Of a stretch of 37,361 bases of DNA, positions 29,498-37,361 are shown piece by piece (position 1 is the first letter of the stretch; each line of letters starts with the position of its first letter). The notes beneath the pieces are model-generated. The model was not told the origin of the DNA, made no database searches, and worked only from the letters and a program-made list of their open reading frames with translations. Position numbers and translations under genes: made by a program. The stretch is taken from the sequence record DRR723986_4095. One strand, written 5' to 3'.

Positions 29498-30865
29498 ATG
29501 ATTGAGTGTCGTTCACCAATTGATGGGCATGTGGTTTATAGGGGCCCATATCACTCTGATAAAGAGCTTGATGCAGCATTGGACCAAGCGCGCAGTGCTC
29601 AAGTTCTTTGGCATAAGATGCCCCTTCAAGGCCGATTGGAGAAGCTGCAAGTTGCAACCGATTTTTTGTTTGCACACCGCGAAGACATTGGCGCTGAAAT
29701 TACCAATCAAATGGGTCGCCCTATAAGGTTTGCGCCCGGAGAATTGGCCGGTGTTAAAGAGCGAAGCGACCATATGTTGGCGTTGGCACCGTCAGCGCTT
29801 GCGGATGTGGTTCCAGCACCAATTGAGGGGTTTACCCGGAAAATTGAACGTGGGCCTTTGGGGCTGGTTGCGGTGCTTGCGCCGTGGAATTACCCGTTTC
29901 TAACGTCGGTTAACGCAATCATTCCGGCGCTAGCAGCTGGCAATTCTGTGGTTCTTAAGCATTCTGAGCAAACGCCGCTTGTTGCCTTAAGGTACAAGGA
30001 AGCATTTGAGGCCGCCGAGTTGCCGCCCGGTGTGTTCCAGCATTTGTTTTTGTCGCATGACGGCGCTGCCAAGTTGGTGGCGGACCTGCGCGTGGATTAT
30101 GTGGCCTTTACCGGTTCGGTTGCGGGCGGTCATGCCATAACTAAAGCGGCCAGTGACAAATTCATGGGAGTGGGTCTTGAGCTGGGCGGGAAAGACCCAG
30201 CCTATGTTCGTGCTGACGCTGATGCCGTGGATGCCGGGATTAATTTAGCGGATGGCGCCTTCTTCAATAGTGGCCAATCATGTTGCGGCATTGAGCGTAT
30301 TTATGTTGCCCAAAACGCATTCGATACGGTCGTTTCCAATGTTGTTAAAGAGGCTGAAAAGCTTGTGGTTGGCGATCCGCGGTTGCCGGAGATAACGCTG
30401 GGGCCGCTTGCGAGTGCTAAAGGCGCAGATGCCGTGCGCCAGCAAATCAAGGATGCAGTTGAGCAGGGCGCTAAAGCGCATTTGCCGGTGGATAACAACT
30501 GGGGCAGTGCTTATTTAACACCGCAAGTATTGACCAATGTGACCCACGATATGGACGTTATGCGCGAGGAAACCTTTGGTCCTGTTGTGGGGATAATGTC
30601 TGTGGATGATGACGAGCAAGCTATCGCACTAATGAATGATAGCAAATACGGCCTGACGGCCTCCATTTGGACGAAAGACATTTCAGCAGCCGAGGCTATT
30701 GGTGCGCAGTTGGAAACCGGCACTGTTTTTCTAAATCGGTGTGATTATTTGGACCCCAGCTTGGCGTGGACTGGGGTGAAAAATTCTGGTCGTGGCTGTA
30801 CGCTTTCGACCGTTGGTTATGAACATGTAACACGTCCAAAGTCATTTCATTTTAAACTAAGTTAG
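29498..30865 (+). CDS. NAD(P)-dependent aldehyde dehydrogenase
   Basis: PWNYP, FTGS, LELGGKDP, NSGQSCC and EETFGP motifs; ATG 29498 follows AGGGAG (GTG 29486 is an alternative start). Confidence 0.93.
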   Translation: MIECRSPIDGHVVYRGPYHSDKELDAALDQARSAQVLWHKMPLQGRLEKLQVATDFLFAHREDIGAEITNQMGRPIRFAPGELAGVKERSDHMLALAPSALADVVPAPIEGFTRKIERGPLGLVAVLAPWNYPFLTSVNAIIPALAAGNSVVLKHSEQTPLVALRYKEAFEAAELPPGVFQHLFLSHDGAAKLVADLRVDYVAFTGSVAGGHAITKAASDKFMGVGLELGGKDPAYVRADADAVDAGINLADGAFFNSGQSCCGIERIYVAQNAFDTVVSNVVKEAEKLVVGDPRLPEITLGPLASAKGADAVRQQIKDAVEQGAKAHLPVDNNWGSAYLTPQVLTNVTHDMDVMREETFGPVVGIMSVDDDEQAIALMNDSKYGLTASIWTKDISAAEAIGAQLETGTVFLNRCDYLDPSLAWTGVKNSGRGCTLSTVGYEHVTRPKSFHFKLS

Positions 30866-30873
30866 GGGCCGGT

Positions 30874-31734
30874 ATGTCTCAGTCACATTTTAAAACTTTT
30901 TCGCTGCGCCAACTTACCGGTGCAATGGGCGCAGAAATTATCGGTGTAGACTTATCGAAAGACCTTAGTGACGATCAGTTTGAAGAGATCAGAAGCGCGC
31001 TGTTCACCTACGGCGTCATTGGTTTTCGAGATCAAACCCTGAACTTTGACCAGCATCAGAGGTTTGCTCGTCGGTTTGGTACACTGGAGGTGCATCCCAT
31101 TGTGAATAGTCTGGAAGGCCACCCGGAAATTATCAAAATGCATAAGCCTGCGAATACTGCTGCCAGTTTTGGTGTGGGCTGGCATACGGATAATTCGTTT
31201 TTTGAGAAGCCTAGTTTGGGGTCAATTGTATATGCCGAAGTGATACCGCCAGTGGGCGGAGACACGCTTTTCGCCAACCAGCAACTGGCGTATGAAACCT
31301 TGTCAGATGGCATGAAAAAAACGCTGGAAGGATTGATAGCCATTCACAGCGCCAACGACGCCTACACGTCGCCAACTGCGCTGGAAAAATATGATAGTGA
31401 TGGCCCAATTTCTTATAAGAAAAGTGATATTATTGCGCAGTCTGTTGAGCACCCTGTGATCATTAGGCATCCGGTGACCGGCAAAAAAGCTCTGTATGTG
31501 AACGCCATGTTCACTGATCGTTTTAAGGACTGGACGCGCGAAGAGAGCCTGCCGCTGCTTGAGTATTTGTGCAAACACGCTGTACGGGAAGACTTTCAGT
31601 GCCGCTTCCGTTGGGAGAAGGGCAGTGTGGCCATGTGGGACAATAGAGTTGTCCAACATGCCGCCCTGAATGATTGTGAAAAATATGAGCGCATCTTGTA
31701 TCGTGTTACGGTTAACGGTGATGCCTTAACCTAG
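30874..31734 (+). CDS. TauD/TfdA-family Fe(II)/2-oxoglutarate dioxygenase
   Basis: WHTD (HxD), GGDTLFA, HPVTGKKALYVN and WDNRVVQH...R motifs. Confidence 0.92.
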   Translation: MSQSHFKTFSLRQLTGAMGAEIIGVDLSKDLSDDQFEEIRSALFTYGVIGFRDQTLNFDQHQRFARRFGTLEVHPIVNSLEGHPEIIKMHKPANTAASFGVGWHTDNSFFEKPSLGSIVYAEVIPPVGGDTLFANQQLAYETLSDGMKKTLEGLIAIHSANDAYTSPTALEKYDSDGPISYKKSDIIAQSVEHPVIIRHPVTGKKALYVNAMFTDRFKDWTREESLPLLEYLCKHAVREDFQCRFRWEKGSVAMWDNRVVQHAALNDCEKYERILYRVTVNGDALT

Positions 31735-31758
31735 AATTGTCGTTGAAAAGAGACAGAT

Positions 31759-32586
31759 ATGCGAGATAAATTTCTGGTTCTGGATGGCTATGACGCAAAA
31801 GGTATTGCTGGCTTGAAGGTTGCTGGCGCGACACAGGCTGGAATTCTTTATAAGAATATGTTGGCGCATTTTGTTCCGGCAGACAGCATTGATATTGTTG
31901 AAATTTCCCATGAGGCTGCGCCGAAAATTACTGTTAGCGACTATCAGGGAGTATGTTGGACGGGCTCCAATTTGTTTTTCTCGTCCGCTGACGGAGTGGT
32001 TCAGCGGCATATTGATTTGTGCCTTGGTTTTTTTGCAGCCGGCACACCCCAATTTGGTAGCTGTTGGGCAGCACAGCTAGCAGCGGTTGCAACAGGTGGC
32101 CGTTGCAAGCTAAACCCCAAGGGTCGTGAGTTCGGCGTTGCTCGTAAAATTATGCTGACCGATGACGGTGTGAAACACCCAATGTTTAAGGGCAAGCCAA
32201 GGGTATTTGACGGGTTCACATCGCATGCTGATATTATAACGACGCTGCCGGCAGGTGCCGCTCACCTTGCCGGTAATGCATTTTCACCGGTTCAAGCGGT
32301 GGATGTAAGCCACGGTAAAGGACGCTTTTGGGCAGTTCAGTACCACCCTGAGTATGATTGCGGTGAAGTTGCTGCACTGACCATTGTGCGCACAGATGAC
32401 CTGATCCGGCAGGGAACATTTTCTGACAAGGCGGCGCTTGATGTTTATGTGGAGGAAATGCAGCAGCTTAACCAAGATATTTCACGGCAGGACATTGCCT
32501 GGAAGCTTGGTTTAGACAGCGACGTTCTTGACCCAAATATGCGCTATTTAGAGCTTAAAAACTGGCTTGATTACTTTTTCTCATAG
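31759..32586 (+). CDS. Class I glutamine amidotransferase-like hydrolase
   Basis: WTGS, nucleophile GSCWAAQ and VQYHPE (Cys-His-Glu triad intact). Confidence 0.88.
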   Translation: MRDKFLVLDGYDAKGIAGLKVAGATQAGILYKNMLAHFVPADSIDIVEISHEAAPKITVSDYQGVCWTGSNLFFSSADGVVQRHIDLCLGFFAAGTPQFGSCWAAQLAAVATGGRCKLNPKGREFGVARKIMLTDDGVKHPMFKGKPRVFDGFTSHADIITTLPAGAAHLAGNAFSPVQAVDVSHGKGRFWAVQYHPEYDCGEVAALTIVRTDDLIRQGTFSDKAALDVYVEEMQQLNQDISRQDIAWKLGLDSDVLDPNMRYLELKNWLDYFFS

Positions 32587-32667
32587 CGCCATGTCAAAAT
32601 CATGATGTCTGCAACGACACTGGTTAGTGAACAGTAATAGTTCAGTAACAGACAGTGGAGATTAATC

Positions 32668-33327
32668 ATGAAAAAACTATCCATCGCCGTTGCAACCTCC
32701 CTTACAATGGTTGCGCAATCAGCGTCGGCAATTGAGTATTTAACCGCCGAATGTGAGCAGGCATTGGCCGTGAGTGCGCTACCCTCACAAATGCGCGCTG
32801 GAGCGTCTATCTATGTTTTAACACCGGATGGTTTTGTTAAAACGGTTGAGGGTACAAACCCTTTCACCTGTATCGTGCAGCGCAATCATGCGAAATCAAT
32901 AATTCCGCAGTGTTTGGACAAACAGGGCGCTGAGTTGATGCTTCCGGCCATTATGCAAAAAACCAACATGGTTGTATCAGGAGCATCACCTGAGGAAATT
33001 CGGGCTGATTTCAAAGCGCGTACAGAAAGCGGTGAATATAAAGCCCCTGACCAACTAGGGGTTAATTATATGATGTCGCATTATAATTACATATATCTGG
33101 CGGCACCAGGGCGCGTGGTCCGTATACCACCACATTTGATGCATTATGCTCCCAATGTTACCGACAAAGACATTGGCGCGGCACCTGACGCGCAGCGCAA
33201 GGGCATGCCGCATATCAATGACCAGGGCATACACGGGTATTTTATATCTTTCGTTGAAGACCCCTCCGACTTTAGTGATGTTCAGCGTGCTTGTGCTGGC
33301 CAAGTCGGTGATTTTCCGCCATCTTGA
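32668..33327 (+). CDS. Secreted hypothetical protein
   Basis: RBS GGAG, signal peptide ending ASA, four Cys, PPHLMHYAP segment. Confidence 0.75.
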   Translation: MKKLSIAVATSLTMVAQSASAIEYLTAECEQALAVSALPSQMRAGASIYVLTPDGFVKTVEGTNPFTCIVQRNHAKSIIPQCLDKQGAELMLPAIMQKTNMVVSGASPEEIRADFKARTESGEYKAPDQLGVNYMMSHYNYIYLAAPGRVVRIPPHLMHYAPNVTDKDIGAAPDAQRKGMPHINDQGIHGYFISFVEDPSDFSDVQRACAGQVGDFPPS

Positions 33328-33363
33328 TATCAGGTTATTTTCAAAAAAATATCGGGGAATGAT

Positions 33364-33870
33364 GTGAGAAAGATTTTAGTGGTAGCGATTGGTTTGCTGG
33401 TATCAACACATGCGCAGGCTGATGTGGTTGAAGCAGCGGGTGATCATTATGTTCTAAAGCATGAAGGGCGCTCAAACCTGTCGCCAGCAGACCTATGGGC
33501 ACGTTTGATAAAGCCGGCATCATGGTGGCACCCGGACCATACCTATTCCGGCGACGCGGGTAACTTGTCGCTGGAGCCAGCTGCTGGCGGCCTATGGCGT
33601 GAAGAATGGCAGGGCGGGTCGGTATTACATGGGCTGGTTCTGAATGCCGTTCCCGGCCAGCTTCTAAGGCTTGATGCACCGTTTGGCCCCTTACAAGGCA
33701 TGGGTGTTTCAGTGGTGTGGACCATAAGCATTAAAGCTGACGGTGAGGGCTCGTTGATAACATTCGATGAAATTGCCACAGGGGCGACTACGAGCAAGCT
33801 AGATGCCTTAGCGCCCGCAGTAGACGGTGTTAAAGCCGAGGCTATGCGCCGTCTGACAGCCGATGAATAG
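33364..33870 (+). CDS. Secreted SRPBCC/AHSA1-like ligand-binding protein
   Basis: Signal peptide ending AQA; PADLWARL...WW, GGLWRE and GPLQ segments followed by a C-terminal helix. Confidence 0.7.
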   Translation: MRKILVVAIGLLVSTHAQADVVEAAGDHYVLKHEGRSNLSPADLWARLIKPASWWHPDHTYSGDAGNLSLEPAAGGLWREEWQGGSVLHGLVLNAVPGQLLRLDAPFGPLQGMGVSVVWTISIKADGEGSLITFDEIATGATTSKLDALAPAVDGVKAEAMRRLTADE

Positions 33871-33936
33871 TCTAATCTTGGCAATTTAAAACTGGGTAAC
33901 TGGAATTTTCGTACTAACTGGGGTGTAACATAACCA

Positions 33937-34734
33937 GTGAGAGATGCAGTGAGCTCAGAATTAAAACCTCCATCAAAGTTTGGCTTATTTCGGGAAATGT
34001 TTGCGGCCGTTGATGTGGTCGGCATGCCTGCCGCTTTGCTTAGGGCTAGTCAACAGAGGTCGCAGCCTGTTGCCGCCACACCGGTCATTGTGCTGCCTGG
34101 CCTGGGTGCGAACGACTTTTCCACCGCGCCGCTGCGCTATTTCCTAGGCAAACACGGTTTTCAAACCGAGGGGTGGGGTTTGGGTTTCAATACTGGCGGT
34201 CGAGGTTTAAACAGTGACCTTGATCAATTATCTGATGGATGGAACGTTGACAAAACCCGCAGCAATACCGGCGAGGGTGAGGTGCCAGCTCTGTGTGATA
34301 AAATGACCGCCCGCGTGAAGGCCCGGTCTGAAGCGCTCGGCACGCCGATTGATCTGGTTGGATGGAGCCTTGGAGGGTACGTGGCGAGGGAAGTGGCAAG
34401 GGATCTGCCTGAGCATGTATCCCGGGTTATCACCTTGGGGTCGCCGGTTATTGGCGGACCTAAATATACCTCTGCCGCACCAATTTATAAGGCGCGCAAT
34501 TTTGATTTAGACTGGATCGCTGAGGAAACCGAAAAGCGGCACACTGTCCCAATCCAGCAACCGATAACGGTGATATACAGCAAACGCGACGGCGTGGTTG
34601 GCTGGCAAGCCTCCATTGATAAATATAGCCCTAATGTTACGCACGTTGAGGTTAACGTTTCTCACATGGGACTGGGTTTGAACGCTGGCGTTTGGCGGCA
34701 TGTTCTCGGTGCCCTTCGTGCCGAGCATACATAG
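33937..34734 (+). CDS. Alpha/beta hydrolase (lipase/esterase-like)
   Basis: VLPGL, GWSLGG nucleophile elbow, ITLGSP, RDGVV and SHMGL motifs; start GTG 33937 or 33949. Confidence 0.88.
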   Translation: MRDAVSSELKPPSKFGLFREMFAAVDVVGMPAALLRASQQRSQPVAATPVIVLPGLGANDFSTAPLRYFLGKHGFQTEGWGLGFNTGGRGLNSDLDQLSDGWNVDKTRSNTGEGEVPALCDKMTARVKARSEALGTPIDLVGWSLGGYVAREVARDLPEHVSRVITLGSPVIGGPKYTSAAPIYKARNFDLDWIAEETEKRHTVPIQQPITVIYSKRDGVVGWQASIDKYSPNVTHVEVNVSHMGLGLNAGVWRHVLGALRAEHT

Positions 34735-34841
34735 TATGCGTCTATCCAGATCGGACTTTGACCATTTCATAATTTTCTAACCAGTTTCCCGCTTTTGATC
34801 TAACATGCCTAAAGCAATTTAGGGATTAGAGGGGAACGCAT

Positions 34842-35456
34842 ATGCTTTCATATCTTTCGGCGTTTTTTGTTGGTGCTTTGACGCTGTCTGGTGCCACGTT
34901 GGTTTCGGCAGATCAAGATAGCGCTGAAGCCAAGACAAAGGCCAAAGCTGCAGCCAAACAGCTGGCCACCATGACCGATGAGCAACGCAAGTTGTTGAAC
35001 ACCACCCCTGTTAGCCCAGACCGTTATCCCGCACCGCCGTCGCCGCATTACGGGCCCAAGCGTGGCTCAATAACCTTCACAGATACCGACCCCGGCCCCA
35101 CCATTGGCGGCACCTTGACCATGAAGCCAGCGGTGGACGAAAACGGTAAGCGCCTCAATGAAGCCGATGCGGGCATTACCATGTATATGATCCATTGGGG
35201 TCTGGAAGTGGGCAAGCCCGGCATTGCCGACGACGCGGGCGCTGGCGACTTGGGCGGCGATTGTATGGGCTTCCGCGACACGGGCCATGTGGTTATGGCA
35301 CCGGCGGGCGAAGCGGGCGATGTTATGAGTTGGGAAATTCCGCAGGGCACGGTGGTGCCTGAAGGAGCGGTTTATTTTGTTGGCCACACCCTGTACGGGA
35401 AAATTCATAATCTCGGTAAATGCACCCAAACACCCATTGCCAATCTTGTTGAATAG
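34842..35456 (+). CDS. Secreted hypothetical protein
   Basis: RBS GAGGGG, signal peptide, Ala/Lys then Pro-rich linker, beta-rich domain with two Cys. Confidence 0.7.
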   Translation: MLSYLSAFFVGALTLSGATLVSADQDSAEAKTKAKAAAKQLATMTDEQRKLLNTTPVSPDRYPAPPSPHYGPKRGSITFTDTDPGPTIGGTLTMKPAVDENGKRLNEADAGITMYMIHWGLEVGKPGIADDAGAGDLGGDCMGFRDTGHVVMAPAGEAGDVMSWEIPQGTVVPEGAVYFVGHTLYGKIHNLGKCTQTPIANLVE

Positions 35457-35459
35457 GAA

Positions 35460-36407
35460 ATGATCATGAAGTGGTTTTATGGCATCGCTGCAAGCATTTT
35501 TTGTCTGTCAGCAACTCTTGTGGCGGACGACACTAAACCTGATTGGGGGCCGTCCAAATTTGGGCCTGACGACCGCTTGGGTGCGATGAATTACCTGACC
35601 CCGGAGAAAACTGCAGCCGCCGCCAAGTTGGTAACAACCGGTAAAACATATGCGTTGGGTATGGTAACCGGGCGCGCAACACCGGCCTATCCGCCGCGTG
35701 AATATGATGTGATGATTTTGCAGCTGGATGACGGCACAGGCGTGCCATTGGGCGCAAACGGTGCCACGTCAAACGACGACATGGTGGAAACTTTCAATGG
35801 TATAGGCAGTCAAATCGACGGCCTCGGTCATTTCGGCAAAAATCACTATTACTATAACGGTGTGCATGCGTCAGAGTTTGTCGCTACGGACGGTCTCAAA
35901 CAGTTTGGTATTGATACGCTGCCGCCGGTGGCTACGCGCGGAATTTTGCTTGACATAACAAAGGCTTACGACGGTGTGCGTGTGCCAGACGGTGTTGCCA
36001 TCAATAAAGCCGAGATAGATGCCGCGATGAAACGTGCAGGCGTTATGATCGAACAGGGCGATGTGGTCCTTTTCCACACTGGCAACATGGCGGCGACAGC
36101 CGGTGACAAAGCGCTGGCGCAAACGGTGCCCGGCCTCGGTGTAGAGGGAGCGCATTATCTGGCGGGTTTGGGTGTGGTAGCCGTTGGCACCGATACGTGG
36201 GCGCTGGATGTTATTCCGTTTGAAAACGAAGGCAGCTTTTTTGAAGTACACCAGATTTTGCTGACCCAGAACGGCGTTTACTTGCTGGAAAATATGGTCA
36301 CTGCCGAGCTGGCAGCAGACGGTGTGACCGAATTTTTCTTCACCCTCGGTGCCCCGCGCCTAGAAGGCACGGTGCAGGGCATTATCAACCCGGTGGCGAT
36401 ACGGTAA
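35460..36407 (+). CDS. Cyclase family (kynurenine formamidase-like) metal-dependent hydrolase, secreted
   Basis: WG..DRLGAMN, SQIDGLGH, RGILLD, GDVVLFHTG, VGTD, HQILL..G..LLEN and terminal NPVAIR motifs. Confidence 0.85.
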   Translation: MIMKWFYGIAASIFCLSATLVADDTKPDWGPSKFGPDDRLGAMNYLTPEKTAAAAKLVTTGKTYALGMVTGRATPAYPPREYDVMILQLDDGTGVPLGANGATSNDDMVETFNGIGSQIDGLGHFGKNHYYYNGVHASEFVATDGLKQFGIDTLPPVATRGILLDITKAYDGVRVPDGVAINKAEIDAAMKRAGVMIEQGDVVLFHTGNMAATAGDKALAQTVPGLGVEGAHYLAGLGVVAVGTDTWALDVIPFENEGSFFEVHQILLTQNGVYLLENMVTAELAADGVTEFFFTLGAPRLEGTVQGIINPVAIR

Positions 36408-36410
36408 ATA

Positions 36411-36437
36411 GGCACCATACTTTGAACGTATGATGCC
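36411..36437. terminator. Hairpin between the convergent cyclase and gyrB genes
   Basis: GGCACCATAC/GTATGATGCC stem (9 of 10 pairs). Confidence 0.45.
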
Positions 36438-36446
36438 GGTCATTTA

Positions 36447-37361
<915 letters not shown>

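Overview
Gene-dense chromosomal window from a probable marine alphaproteobacterium. The taxon is inferred from the GyrB C-terminus and gene content. (1) 1-13042: an alginate utilisation locus comprising a partial TonB-dependent receptor, FadR/GntR repressor, two-domain PL6 lyase, lipoprotein PL17 oligoalginate lyase, kdgF, ExuT-like MFS, SDR (probable DEH reductase), eda and kdgK. It is extended by uxuA and an NRAMP-fold transporter lacking the metal-binding DPGN motif. (2) 13142-15949: a strongly divergent PEP-carboxylase-family gene. (3) 16273-26398: a GntR / TonB receptor / membrane-anchored serine hydrolase / ornithine-cyclodeaminase-family / YkvI-like transporter module with a shared candidate operator, plus a convergent beta-propeller-PHP metallohydrolase. 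(4) 26526-32586: ferredoxin reductase, AGCS symporter and an ALDH-TauD-class I glutamine amidotransferase operon. (5) 32668-36407: a run of mostly secreted proteins. (6) The 3' part of gyrB. I saw no RNA genes, CRISPR arrays or mobile elements. The best leads are the PEPC-like protein with altered catalytic motifs, the uxuA/NRAMP-like extension of the alginate locus, the uncharacterised GntR-TBDR-OCD-YkvI module, and the YkvI-like gene that lacks a canonical start codon.
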